A DNA stretch of 64,000 nucleotides, from IMG/VR virus record IMGVR_UViG_3300022902_000004, positions 254,268-318,267 of that record; one strand, 5' to 3'. How positions within the stretch are numbered: the first letter of the stretch is position 1; each line of letters opens with the position of its first letter. This document shows positions 18,089 through 26,981 of the stretch, in pieces. The position numbers and the translations under genes are program-made. Below the pieces are notes generated by a model, which worked only from the letters and a program-made list of their open reading frames with translations, ran no database searches and was not told the DNA's origin. Source of the DNA: a virus.

Positions 18089-18463
18089 TTAGCCTTTTAC
18101 AGCACGAAGGGCAGCACCATTTCCGTTGTCGCGGTCGTACCAGCGTGGATCGAAGTCTGAAGAATCTCCGGTGAACCTGACCTTCATAATCTTTCCGTGG
18201 AGATAGTCGAAGTATACCTCGTCGACGCCCTCCTCATAGAAACCCTCGTCAGTCCAGTGGACCTTGCGGGTGTGGCACTCAATTTCTGTTGCCGCCTCTG
18301 CCTCGGTCATGACACCTGCCTTGGCCTGCAGGAAGCCCATTCCCTGGACCTTGGAGGCGTTGTAGAGCCGGGCGACAGTCTCGGCGATCGTCAAGCCCGT
18401 GTCGGTGATCATGTGTGCGTGCTCTTCTTTGGTGATATTTGACATAGTGTTCTCTTGGTTCAT
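18089..18463 (-). CDS. hypothetical protein
   Basis: ORF 18089..18622 trimmed to MNQENTMSNITKEE. The N-terminal Gly/Pro-rich part is translation of a GC-rich hairpin region. Confidence 0.5.
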   Translation of the reverse strand: MNQENTMSNITKEEHAHMITDTGLTIAETVARLYNASKVQGMGFLQAKAGVMTEAEAATEIECHTRKVHWTDEGFYEEGVDEVYFDYLHGKIMKVRFTGDSSDFDPRWYDRDNGNGAALRAVKG

Positions 18464-18479
18464 AGTGGTACTGTTGCGA

Positions 18480-18625
18480 ATATTTCTCAAAAAATTTTTG
18501 TTCGACTTGGGGCCAGGCCCACGAGCCCCCAGAAGTACACTGAGTAGGGGGCCTTTTTTGGGGGCCTTTTTGGGCCCCATTTGAGGGGCCCTTATGCACC
18601 CCCCTTGCAGGTGAACCTGCACCCC
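18480..18625. repeat. GC-rich hairpin / G5C2-T5 tandem repeat cluster (candidate terminator for plus-strand transcripts)
   Basis: gggggccttttttgggggcctttttgggccccatttgaggggccc plus tgcaggttcacctgca palindrome. Unique composition in the window; no promoter cassette here. Confidence 0.45.
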
Positions 18626-18626
18626 C

Positions 18627-18872
18627 TTAGTGATACCCGACGACCACTTTCATGGTACCGTCGGGCTGGACGGGCAGGTCTTCATTGATGTACCTTCCTT
18701 TGCCCTGGTACTCGGTTTCACAGTGTGTAGCCCAACCGCGGGTAACCACGTAGGACTCAGCTACTCGAGCACCGGCATTATCGCTAACAACCGTGTGCAC
18801 GTAGATAGGAGTGGCACCGATATCATTCCACTCAGCATCCGTAGGCGTAACCTTATATATATGAACTCGCAT
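18627..18872 (-). CDS. hypothetical protein
   Basis: Trimmed to MRVHIYKVTP with a GGAGAATAAC RBS. Confidence 0.5.
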   Translation of the reverse strand: MRVHIYKVTPTDAEWNDIGATPIYVHTVVSDNAGARVAESYVVTRGWATHCETEYQGKGRYINEDLPVQPDGTMKVVVGYH

Positions 18873-18910
18873 GTTATTCTCCAACCGTGTGCACTTCAGC
18901 GCTGACCAGC

Positions 18911-19144
18911 TCAATCAATGTAAGGACCATCATCCTCGTAACAGGGCAGGTCGGCGTTCCTCAAGGTATACCCGAAGATGTTGGCCGGCCTGTTACTGTT
19001 CTTGGCAACCCATTTCTTCACCAGTTCCAGGGCAGCACTTTGATCGTTAGGTGGAGCCTCGACCGTGACAGTGTAGGCTCGAGGCATCTGCCAAAAAACA
19101 GGAGCGATGGCATCGTAGGTGTATTCGATGTGTCCAGCAGTCAT
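18911..19144 (-). CDS. hypothetical protein (77 aa)
   Basis: ORF in chain. Confidence 0.45.
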   Translation of the reverse strand: MTAGHIEYTYDAIAPVFWQMPRAYTVTVEAPPNDQSAALELVKKWVAKNSNRPANIFGYTLRNADLPCYEDDGPYID

Positions 19145-19217
19145 GGCGTCTCCAGCGTTTCCCGTCGACCAACCCGGCCAACATATCTATTGTATCACGT
19201 TTTGATGGCTCTTACAT

Positions 19218-19391
19218 GCAGGTTTTTTCAATTGACCGAGCCTGTAACACGTAGTTGACAATCCTAACAACGTCGTCGGCGCTGCAACCGAGCGCCAGCA
19301 GCTCACCGCAAACAGCAGGTGTCACAGCCTCCAGGTCATCGCCGAGCTTATCACACATCTCGTTAATCAAATCAAGCATCACTTCACCCAC
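19218..19391 (-). CDS. small paralog family B protein (MLDLINEM), 57 aa, below the ORF-track threshold
   Basis: Manual translation MLDLINEMCDKLGDDLEAVTPAVCGELLALGCSADDVVRIVNYVLQARSIEKTCM; flanked by two promoter cassettes. Confidence 0.45.
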
Positions 19392-19481
19392 CGTTTCCCG
19401 TCGACCAACCCGGCCAACATATCTATTGTATCACACGTGAACGTGCTTTACACGTGAACGCATACCACAAAAAACGCAACC

Positions 19482-19676
19482 TTACACGAACCACAAGGCT
19501 TGCTCGAGGTAATTATGAACGCTCAGGCGCTTATGGGCATCCGGCTCGTTCTTGGCCAGCCACTCCAACACCTTGACTGTCTCAAAATGTGTACGATCTC
19601 CACCTGCATCGCCGGTTGCCTCGATAGCATAGGCCAGGGCATCGATATCTTCTGTAGTAACGCGAAAGGCTTTCAT
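19482..19676 (-). CDS. hypothetical protein
   Basis: Trimmed to MKAFRVTTED with an AAGGAG RBS. Confidence 0.5.
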   Translation of the reverse strand: MKAFRVTTEDIDALAYAIEATGDAGGDRTHFETVKVLEWLAKNEPDAHKRLSVHNYLEQALWFV

Positions 19677-19677
19677 G

Positions 19678-19878
19678 TTATCGCTCCTTGATTTCATTGC
19701 AGAACACGATGACACGACGGCCATCAATCTCTGCAGCATACCGAGGGTAGCCAGTGTGCATGGGCAGCAGGTTCTCCGTGATGGTACCAACCGTACCAGG
19801 TTTGAAGATGACACCCACGCGCCAGATTTCCTTAGTGGTTTCGAATTTAGTGCCAACAGACAGTTTCAATGTGTTCAT
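19678..19878 (-). CDS. small beta-barrel-like protein (family A-like)
   Basis: 66 aa. Confidence 0.45.
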   Translation of the reverse strand: MNTLKLSVGTKFETTKEIWRVGVIFKPGTVGTITENLLPMHTGYPRYAAEIDGRRVIVFCNEIKER

Positions 19879-19924
19879 GATGAACCTCGTAGTTTCGTGC
19901 TGACCAACCCGGCCAACATATATA

Positions 19925-20146
19925 TTATACCACGCTTTTGGCCTGTTTTACACGTGCTGCATAAATTAAATGCCTGGCCCATTCGATACCTTCTGCCTTG
20001 GCAACTAGTTTGGCTGCCTTAGCATCAAGCAAAGGTGAATCACCACAGCTCCGACGTGATCTATAGATAAGCTGCTGGGCTTCATGCGATAGGCGGCGTG
20101 CCTCTGCAAACATGGCGTTGTCAATGGCGTCGATTTCAATCTTCAT
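19925..20146 (-). CDS. hypothetical helical protein
   Basis: 73 aa; stop in the promoter cassette. Confidence 0.45.
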   Translation of the reverse strand: MKIEIDAIDNAMFAEARRLSHEAQQLIYRSRRSCGDSPLLDAKAAKLVAKAEGIEWARHLIYAARVKQAKSVV

Positions 20147-20147
20147 G

Positions 20148-20351
20148 TTATTTACTCGCGTGGATGACGATCAAACCGCCAATGGCACAGTGTCGATGGG
20201 AATACCAGTTGTCCCGGGCCGCCAGGCTGTTGATAAACTCAACAACGTCGTCGGCATACATTTGGCTGGGGAACTGGACCATCCAGACTTCACTGTCGTC
20301 TGAGGTCACCCCGCCGTACTCTTTACAGATATCGTTGATGAGCTTAAACAT
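20148..20351 (-). CDS. small paralog family B protein (MFKLINDICKEYGG)
   Basis: Family motif. Confidence 0.5.
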   Translation of the reverse strand: MFKLINDICKEYGGVTSDDSEVWMVQFPSQMYADDVVEFINSLAARDNWYSHRHCAIGGLIVIHASK

Positions 20352-20356
20352 ATATG

Positions 20357-20557
20357 TTACACCTCAAACTTGATGACAATCAAATAGTCGAAGAAGCAGT
20401 GTCGTTCTGCATGGTATGGACTGACAACACCATTGACAAACTCGATGATGTCGTCGGCATCTTCCTGACTGGCAAACTCCACAGTCCAGGTGTGACTCGT
20501 CACTTGCTCAATGGCACCACCGAATTCTAGAATCATCTCGTTAATCAATTCAAACAT
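20357..20557 (-). CDS. small paralog family B protein (MFELINEMILEFGG)
   Basis: Trimmed; ATGA overlap with 20550. Confidence 0.5.
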   Translation of the reverse strand: MFELINEMILEFGGAIEQVTSHTWTVEFASQEDADDIIEFVNGVVSPYHAERHCFFDYLIVIKFEV

Positions 20558-20756
20558 TGATTGACTCCAGGGCACGCTTGTTTGCCAGGTATGAACCGAG
20601 GAGCACGTTGTCTTCGGCATCGTCGACCTTATGCAGGAGTTGGACCGCCTGACTTCGAGTGCCATCGCGATGTGACTCCACCGACTGGCAGTATTTGATG
20701 AGCGCCTTCTGAAGGATTGCCAACTCGTCAAGCGAAAGTTCAAGCGTGGTTTTCAT
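20550..20756 (-). CDS. hypothetical protein
   Basis: Trimmed to MKTTLELSLDEL with a GGAGTGACC RBS. Confidence 0.5.
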   Translation of the reverse strand: MKTTLELSLDELAILQKALIKYCQSVESHRDGTRSQAVQLLHKVDDAEDNVLLGSYLANKRALESINV

Positions 20757-20820
20757 GGTCACTCCAGTTTCTGGTCCCCTTCCCCGGGGACATGTCCATT
20801 GTATCACACGTGAACGTGTT

Positions 20821-21057
20821 TTACACGTTGCCGATGACCTTCTCCCGGATTGATTCCAGGCTGCGCATCTTGGCTTTCAAAGTGTCGACGATGTCCTGTG
20901 CTTCGACTGCGCAGCCGATACCATCACCGGCTTGTCGACGACTTGCTATGTCGTTGCGGTCGACGGCAGCCTGGTGTTGAAGGAACACTGTACTGTCGGC
21001 TTCATCAAGCATCCAGAGTAGGTGTGTCTGCTCGTCGGCTGTGAACTTGCTGGTCAT
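20821..21057 (-). CDS. small paralog family E protein (MTSKFTADEQTHLL)
   Basis: Trimmed; paralog of 21876..22094. Confidence 0.5.
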   Translation of the reverse strand: MTSKFTADEQTHLLWMLDEADSTVFLQHQAAVDRNDIASRRQAGDGIGCAVEAQDIVDTLKAKMRSLESIREKVIGNV

Positions 21058-21160
21058 GGCGGCTCCGTTTGGTGGGCCGGTTATCATCCCCGGCAACATA
21101 TACATTGTATCACACGTGAACGTGTTTTACACGTGAACGCATACCATGTTTGAGGCCGTT

Positions 21161-21364
21161 TTACACGCGGGTGACCAGTTTCATCTCATCTTCATAAATA
21201 ATAATGCCTGAACGACCATTGATTAGCACGTGATATCGTGACACTCCGCCCGCACGTCTGAGTCCTAGCAGAGCCGTGATAATTCCAATATCGCCGCGAC
21301 CTATAGGCCCTATTCCAACCCGACGGAAATCACGAGTGGTTTCAACCAAGTCACCTTTTTTCAT
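21161..21364 (-). CDS. small paralog family A protein (MKKGDLVETT)
   Basis: Family motif. Confidence 0.5.
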   Translation of the reverse strand: MKKGDLVETTRDFRRVGIGPIGRGDIGIITALLGLRRAGGVSRYHVLINGRSGIIIYEDEMKLVTRV

Positions 21365-21596
21365 TTGTTACACCATGTGTGAGGGTATGACTTTATTACA
21401 CATTTCACAAACGTCCCGGCGGTACACGCGCTACCCTTACACTGCCGGAAACCCTTACACTACACCTGGTCTCCTGGGTCATAGAGGTACACGTAATTGT
21501 GGCATACCCGGGAACCCGTCACATTGTTCACTTCCGCGGCAACGAACAAGAATTGTGCACCGGAACGGTGTTATCCCACGCAACAGGATGATATAA

Positions 21597-21869
21597 TTAG
21601 GTTACTTTCCCCGGGGTGGGTTGCTCGATTTGTACACCATTTCTAAACCACCCATCATGTTCCGGTCCCCAGCCAAATACTGCCGGCCCATCATCCAGGT
21701 GCTTGTTACCATCCTTGTAATGAATTGTAGTCCCATCAAGCCATGCCCATAGTTCAAACCTGCCTGCTGCATATGAATCATGTCGCCCGCTTGAATAGGG
21801 TATAACGCGGTCTGCACCATGGGCATTCATGAATTTGATGATGGCAACTGTTTGTTCTGGTGTGTACAC
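21597..21869 (-). CDS. MTPxQ-leader superfamily protein (FMNAHGADRV variant)
   Basis: MYTPEQTVAIIKFMNAHGAD ... DGPAVFGWGPEHDGWF. Confidence 0.5.
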   Translation of the reverse strand: MYTPEQTVAIIKFMNAHGADRVIPYSSGRHDSYAAGRFELWAWLDGTTIHYKDGNKHLDDGPAVFGWGPEHDGWFRNGVQIEQPTPGKVT

Positions 21870-21875
21870 GTGAAC

Positions 21876-22094
21876 CTATTGCTGCTTGCCACAGTTATCG
21901 ATTACCTTTTGGCGTGCTGACTCTAGGACAACCAATTCGGCCTCCAGGCGTTCAACCTCACGTGCAGCACGCAATGACTGGGTCTGACTGCACACCACGG
22001 TGGCGATACGCAGGTGATCCTCGAGGTACTGTTTCGAAACTTCAAGTGCACCCAACAAAGTGTCTTCTTCATTAGGGGTGAAATAGCCAGTCAT
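21876..22094 (-). CDS. small paralog family E protein (MTGYFTPNEEDTLL)
   Basis: Trimmed; AGGAG RBS. Confidence 0.5.
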   Translation of the reverse strand: MTGYFTPNEEDTLLGALEVSKQYLEDHLRIATVVCSQTQSLRAAREVERLEAELVVLESARQKVIDNCGKQQ

Positions 22095-22271
22095 GATGAA
22101 CTCCTGTGCACCGGATGGTGTATCCTGCTCGATTCCCGAGCACATAATCATTATAACACGTGGGAACCCTTTTTACACTCGGTGGGCGCACCTTTTGTGC
22201 GAGCTACACAAGAATGCCGGCGGTTATTCACATATATTTCGGCCCAATGGGATCAATGGGTTAGGCGGTGG

Positions 22272-22352
22272 AACGTAAAGGACTGGGTGACGACGGCGGG
22301 CAACGTAAAGGACTGGGTGACGACGGCGGGCAACGTAAAGGACTGGGTGATG
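22272..22352. repeat. tandem direct repeat, 30-bp unit x ~2.7 (aacgtaaaggactgggtgacgacggcgggc)
   Basis: Seen directly in a non-coding stretch. Confidence 0.8.
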
Positions 22353-22491
22353 ATAGTCTAGGTGATGCTTTGGGGTGTAAGCTGTTGATATCGTGTATAA
22401 CAATTTATTTTCATTTATTTTGTTCAAAACAGTGTACACCTGCCCGCGAACGGGCCAAGTCTCCCCACCTCCTGGCTCTCAGTGATACAGC

Positions 22492-22568
22492 GGGCAGGAT
22501 GGGCTGACAGTTGCCTGGTTTGGGCAGGATGGGCTGACAGTTGCCTGGCTTGGGCAGGATGGGCAGGG
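22492..22568. repeat. tandem direct repeat, ~29-bp unit x ~2.6 (gggcaggatgggctgacagttgcctgg(t/c)tt)
   Basis: Seen directly; same non-coding block. Confidence 0.8.
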
Positions 22569-23063
22569 AAACGGTAGACAGAGTGAATCTGAATTGTGTG
22601 TGACCTCGGTGCGCTGACTTTATGAGTGCTGGTGGGCTGATGGGTGAAAGGTGTAGACTCTGTACGTGCACTCTATAGATTAGGAGCCTGAGGTGTGTGG
22701 GTGTGTGTCGTAGTCTGCGTCTATGCTTGCGTAGGTGTTTCTAACCTTTTGATACCTCTGTGGGCGTGCGTGATGGGTGCCGTAGGTTTCAGTATTCATC
22801 GGGTTTCTGTTATTAGTTGTGCCAATTGCACATCTCGGGGCAGAGCCAGGCTGTTCATGACCACAGAGAGCCGGGTTGTCCTGTGAACCAGGGGATTGAC
22901 CGGGTTGTCATGCCTTCAGCCACCATCATGACCCATCTTCTGTGGTCATCTTGTCATAGTCCTGCATACCCTTATAACCATTTGGCATGCTTCAAATCCA
23001 TCGTTCAGTGGACACAGGATGACCCGTGTACGTCCCTAATCATTTCAATGGAGGATACGGTGG

Positions 23064-23402
23064 CTAGAAGGGCAGAAGGTCATCCAAGGTCGGTGTGTAC
23101 CACTCAATCATCATGTCCTTTTCGCTACCATCATCTTCATTGCCCACTAGCGTCATGGTTGTGCGGAACCTGTCGGGCAGGACATCAATGTATTTTTGAA
23201 AATGCATGTTCAGGTTCGGGGCGCAAACCCAGCCACCGCTAGCATTGTGATTGATGTGTGCCCCGAATCCTAGGTCTGCTTCCTTCCAGTCAAACCAAAT
23301 GCCAGCCTCATGTGGTTCGTCACCACCGAGAAACTCCAATGTCGACAGGTCAGGGATGCAACCCATCAGCTTTGTGACGATGACTGTTTGTGCTGGTGCC
23401 AT
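23064..23402 (-). CDS. MTPxQ-leader superfamily protein (MAPAQTVIVTKLMGCIPDLSTL)
   Basis: Trimmed; GAGGAAACACC RBS. Confidence 0.55.
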   Translation of the reverse strand: MAPAQTVIVTKLMGCIPDLSTLEFLGGDEPHEAGIWFDWKEADLGFGAHINHNASGGWVCAPNLNMHFQKYIDVLPDRFRTTMTLVGNEDDGSEKDMMIEWYTPTLDDLLPF

Positions 23403-23716
23403 GGTGTTTCCTCGATTGTCCATACCATGGTTATGTCGCCATCAAGCAATGGCTCAGCATCCGGTCTTTTAAACTCAATCGATGGTGTAATAGACTGTAT
23501 GGCATTGCAATACTTCTCCAATACCGCCCTGCGTCCGGGGTTTGGTACGCTTATCCAGCCTGTCTTGGCTTTATCGCTAATCATCCCAAGCATATTCACC
23601 CCGTCATCCTTCCATATAAGCCATACGGCTTCGGTGTCGTTGGAAACGGTGAGCGTCGACAGGTCTGGGATACAGTTCATGATATGTGTTGCGATATGTG
23701 ATTGTGCCGGTGTCAT
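23366..23716 (-). CDS. MTPxQ-leader superfamily protein (MTPAQSHIATHIMNCIPDLSTL)
   Basis: Family D. Confidence 0.55.
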   Translation of the reverse strand: MTPAQSHIATHIMNCIPDLSTLTVSNDTEAVWLIWKDDGVNMLGMISDKAKTGWISVPNPGRRAVLEKYCNAIQSITPSIEFKRPDAEPLLDGDITMVWTIEETPWHQHKQSSSQS

Positions 23717-23730
23717 TCGATTATCCTTTC

Positions 23731-24117
23731 CTATGCTGCGGTGAAATCATACGGTTCGATGCTCCAGTTCATAACAGAAACCTGCTCCTCCGGATCGGCT
23801 CGTTGCCATACTGCCCCACCCATTTGATTATACCTTGGATGCTCTGGATCATTCTCTGTGCATGCGTCGACGCCACAATCAGCAACGTACGTCATACATT
23901 CATAGCACTTTGCTAATCCAGCCGGTATTCCATCATGTGATCCGTTTGCCGTCACCCAGCCATATGTTGCGTCTTGTTCGATTAACGCCTGCATGTGCAA
24001 GCCGGCATCCACCCATTCACACCACAACTCTCCCTGGCGGATTTCGATGTTTAGTGTCGACAGGTCTGGAATACAGTTCATCAGGCGTGTCAGGATATGT
24101 GATTGTGCTGGTGTCAT
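23731..24117 (-). CDS. MTPxQ-leader superfamily protein (MTPAQSHILTRLMNCIPDLSTL)
   Basis: Trimmed; ATGA overlap. Confidence 0.55.
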   Translation of the reverse strand: MTPAQSHILTRLMNCIPDLSTLNIEIRQGELWCEWVDAGLHMQALIEQDATYGWVTANGSHDGIPAGLAKCYECMTYVADCGVDACTENDPEHPRYNQMGGAVWQRADPEEQVSVMNWSIEPYDFTAA

Positions 24118-24380
24118 GATGTCGTCCCGATGGTACATGATTTAATGTATTTGCCGTGTTCATACCAGGAGCAGGCTCCACCTAAACCGACCACCGCAGG
24201 TCGACCTTTATCTCGATGCTTGTTTCCATGCATGTAATATATCACATGCTCGGCTTGACATTCAATATAGAACGGGCCGGAGTACCACATTGGAGTGCCT
24301 GAAGGAACGGCGACATGGACATTTTCGGCGCCATACTCGTTCATGAACTCGATGACAGCTTTGGTTTGGATGGCATTCAT
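24114..24380 (-). CDS. MTPxQ-leader superfamily protein (MNAIQTKAVIEFMNEYGAENV)
   Basis: Trimmed; ATGA overlaps. Confidence 0.55.
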   Translation of the reverse strand: MNAIQTKAVIEFMNEYGAENVHVAVPSGTPMWYSGPFYIECQAEHVIYYMHGNKHRDKGRPAVVGLGGACSWYEHGKYIKSCTIGTTS

Positions 24381-24745
24381 GATAGCGGATCCTTTGAGAA
24401 CGCGAAACCACAAATCAGCCTGGGTGCTGCCTTATAAACATCATCACCAGGCTGGATTGGGTTCGGTATCATTTTGACTGCGAAATCAGGAGGAAGCTTG
24501 AAATTCATAGAAAGTGTTTCCATGGCATATCTGCTCGTTGTCAGCACAGGCGTTTCTTTATTCTCTATATACCCGCCGCGGCCGCTCTCGTTAATACGAC
24601 CTCGAAGCTTGTTTCCATTGACGCTTTCATATGCAAAAGCGACGCCGGCCTCGGAGAAAAACGTGTTGTCAGTCCAGCGAAATGTCGTCAGGTCTGGCAC
24701 GTTGTCCATGATGCTGATTAGGAGACTCATCTGTTCAGGTTTCAT
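24377..24745 (-). CDS. MTPxQ-leader superfamily protein (MKPEQMSLLISIMDNVPDLTTF)
   Basis: Family D. Confidence 0.55.
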   Translation of the reverse strand: MKPEQMSLLISIMDNVPDLTTFRWTDNTFFSEAGVAFAYESVNGNKLRGRINESGRGGYIENKETPVLTTSRYAMETLSMNFKLPPDFAVKMIPNPIQPGDDVYKAAPRLICGFAFSKDPLS

Positions 24746-25113
24746 GGTGTGTACACCAACGTTGCGTTGGGCGTGTAAAACGTGAAGCCGGTGCCCATTT
24801 TGTTGTTGGCACAGGCGTAATCGTTATAAAGGTGTGTATGAAACGGTTCTGGCATCTTGACTAATTTGGCCAGATCTAAAGCTGTTCCCATTTCCATTAA
24901 CGGCACGTCCCACTCTTCATAGCGAAACTCTCCGCCTGTCGGCTCAATACCAAGTGAAACAAGCACGACCCTTCCTTTGTCATCTTTGAACTCGAACCCG
25001 AGGCGCTCGACTTTCTTGTTTGGCATTGGCATATGTCGCCACTTGAATGAGTCCAAGTAAGGCTCGATGCAGCCCATGATGATGGTTACTGTTTTGGCTT
25101 GTTGTGGTGTCAT
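24742..25113 (-). CDS. MTPxQ-leader superfamily protein (MTPQQAKTVTIIMGCIEPYLDSF)
   Basis: Family D. Confidence 0.55.
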   Translation of the reverse strand: MTPQQAKTVTIIMGCIEPYLDSFKWRHMPMPNKKVERLGFEFKDDKGRVVLVSLGIEPTGGEFRYEEWDVPLMEMGTALDLAKLVKMPEPFHTHLYNDYACANNKMGTGFTFYTPNATLVYTP

Positions 25114-25484
25114 AATGAGTTCCTGGCTCTGCTGCCCATTCGTTCCCCGACAGGTCGAACCGTCTCGAATGTGTCCTTTACTTCATCAATCCAAAATGAC
25201 ATCCAGTTGCCATGGCCACCTTCGGTCATATGGCATCCTGCTGGGCACTCGAGAATGCTCGCGAGTTTGGGGTGTTCATCACTCGGGACGATTGAATGTC
25301 CCTTAGCATATTGAAAGCGTCCGCCTTTCCCATTCGGTGTCACATAGCCCGTAATCAGCCCGTGGTTTAGTGATATGAACTCAAACCAAACGACGTCGCC
25401 ATTCCTACTATCGAACTTCAATGTCGATGCATTAGGAACTACTTCCATAACCCGGGTCATCATCAATGATTGTGCAGGTGTCAT
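25110..25484 (-). CDS. MTPxQ-leader superfamily protein (MTPAQSLMMTRVMEVVPNASTL)
   Basis: Trimmed; ATGA overlap. Confidence 0.55.
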   Translation of the reverse strand: MTPAQSLMMTRVMEVVPNASTLKFDSRNGDVVWFEFISLNHGLITGYVTPNGKGGRFQYAKGHSIVPSDEHPKLASILECPAGCHMTEGGHGNWMSFWIDEVKDTFETVRPVGERMGSRARNSL

Positions 25485-25960
25485 GCTAAATCCCTGTTCT
25501 TGATGACCCGCATGTACCTTTTTTGGAAAGGCGGCTCGATACCCGACGACGTAGCTTCGACCAGCGAGAGGCAAATGTCCGTCTTGCTGTTTGCTGCGAC
25601 AGATTTTGCCATGTCGGCAGCACTTATGAATTGATCCTTTTCATGAAATGAAAAGAATGCATTGCGGGGAACGACTCGAATCTCGCATCCTGATGGGCAA
25701 CCAATGACATCCGCTATCTTACCGACACGTGCGGTGTCTGAGTATCCTGGGCAGGTAAAGCAGCCGCGTGTTCCGCTTGCGTTAATCCGGCCGTCAATCC
25801 TGCCAAACCCGGCCAAATCAAACCTAAAATATATGCTATGATCAGGGACTCCACCGTACCAATCAGCTTCAGATGGGTTGCGGTCCCGCATCTCCAACGT
25901 CGATACGTCAGGAATAGCTTCCATAACCCGGGTCATCATGTGGGCTTGTTTAGGTGTCAT
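25481..25960 (-). CDS. MTPxQ-leader superfamily protein (MTPKQAHMMTRVMEAIPDVSTL)
   Basis: Family D. Confidence 0.55.
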   Translation of the reverse strand: MTPKQAHMMTRVMEAIPDVSTLEMRDRNPSEADWYGGVPDHSIYFRFDLAGFGRIDGRINASGTRGCFTCPGYSDTARVGKIADVIGCPSGCEIRVVPRNAFFSFHEKDQFISAADMAKSVAANSKTDICLSLVEATSSGIEPPFQKRYMRVIKNRDLA

Positions 25961-26297
25961 TGTTTACCAACTCTCTTGTGTGGCGTTGATTGAATAACAG
26001 GAGCTCATAATTGAAGCCCGACTTGAATGGCCAAGTACAAAGTACGCCTGCTGGGACCTCGACATACTGCGTAAACTCGTCCCAGTCGCACGTGTCGCCA
26101 CCAGCTTCATCAAACATGACATAGCCATAGCCTTCCGGTCGGATCCTGCCAACAATCTTTCGACCATCTGGAATCACAAACGAAAACCTGACAGCAACCT
26201 CGCCATTCGTGTCATTGGTTTCCCATGATTCAAATAAGGATATGTCGGGTGCCATTCCCATCGCAATCGTTAGAACCGCTGCCTGTCCTTCTGTCAT
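25950..26297 (-). CDS. MTPxQ-leader superfamily protein (MTEGQAAVLTIAMGMAPDISLF)
   Basis: Trimmed; AGGAGGGGAG RBS. Confidence 0.55.
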   Translation of the reverse strand: MTEGQAAVLTIAMGMAPDISLFESWETNDTNGEVAVRFSFVIPDGRKIVGRIRPEGYGYVMFDEAGGDTCDWDEFTQYVEVPAGVLCTWPFKSGFNYELLLFNQRHTRELVNNDT

Positions 26298-26332
26298 CTC
26301 CCCTCCTTTCACTTATATTATACCACACAGGC

Positions 26333-26650
26333 TCAACGTTTACACACCAGTTCCACTGTCTTTTCCTTCGTTCCGCAGTAGCGTGTATGTATTGTCCCAT
26401 CATGCAGCAATTTCAAGGCGACGTCTTGGTTGATTTTGCCGTGATGATACATTGTTTTGTCATACCGTACCTCGATGATAGTGAAGAGGTCGTCTTTTTT
26501 TGCAGGTTTTGCATCACATTCTTCCCATCGTGGCTGACTTCTTCGCAATGGGCAGGTTTCGCAATCTTCATGGTCAAAACAATGTCCGGAGTCGATGTCC
26601 AAGCTCTTCCGGAACCTCATGACATCACCTTTTTTGAAGCTGTCAATCAC
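26333..26650 (-). CDS. Cys/His-rich small protein (GTG start?)
   Basis: AAGGAAG RBS. CFDHEDCETC ... YCG motifs. Confidence 0.45.
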   Translation of the reverse strand: MIDSFKKGDVMRFRKSLDIDSGHCFDHEDCETCPLRRSQPRWEECDAKPAKKDDLFTIIEVRYDKTMYHHGKINQDVALKLLHDGTIHTRYCGTKEKTVELVCKR

Positions 26651-26981
26651 TGTATCTTCCTTTCAACCGCCCGAGAATTGTCCTGATCTTGCCATTGATC
26701 ATGACACTCACCATGACATGGGCGGGATCTCTTTTTTTCACGTCCAGCACATGCACCAGCGTATCAGTTTCGTATCGACAGCCAACAGGTTCACAGCCGA
26801 TGTGGAGATCCCAAATGTCACACGAACTGCAATGTTTCTGCTTAAAACAATTTTGATGATATAGCATCGAGCGGCCTAGCTCTGCGACATCATGGCCTGT
26901 TATAATGTCGCCTTTTTCCGGGGCTTCACCGCCATACCAGCCAGCACCGACATTGGGCCAACACCTCCTTGTGAATGTCAT
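26643..26981 (-). CDS. Cys-rich hypothetical protein
   Basis: 112 aa. Confidence 0.45.
   Translation of the reverse strand: MTFTRRCWPNVGAGWYGGEAPEKGDIITGHDVAELGRSMLYHQNCFKQKHCSSCDIWDLHIGCEPVGCRYETDTLVHVLDVKKRDPAHVMVSVMINGKIRTILGRLKGRYSD

Noticed and set aside
22272-22568. Tandem direct repeats considered as a CRISPR array
   Set aside because: Repeats are directly adjacent without unique spacers, only ~2.7 copies each, and no cas genes are present.
22014-22671. ORFs 22014..22361(+), 22268..22507(+), 22411..22671(-) with repetitive peptides (NVKDWVTTAG x3; ILPKPGNCQP x3)
   Set aside because: They are simply translations of the DNA tandem repeats in a non-coding block, with no RBS.
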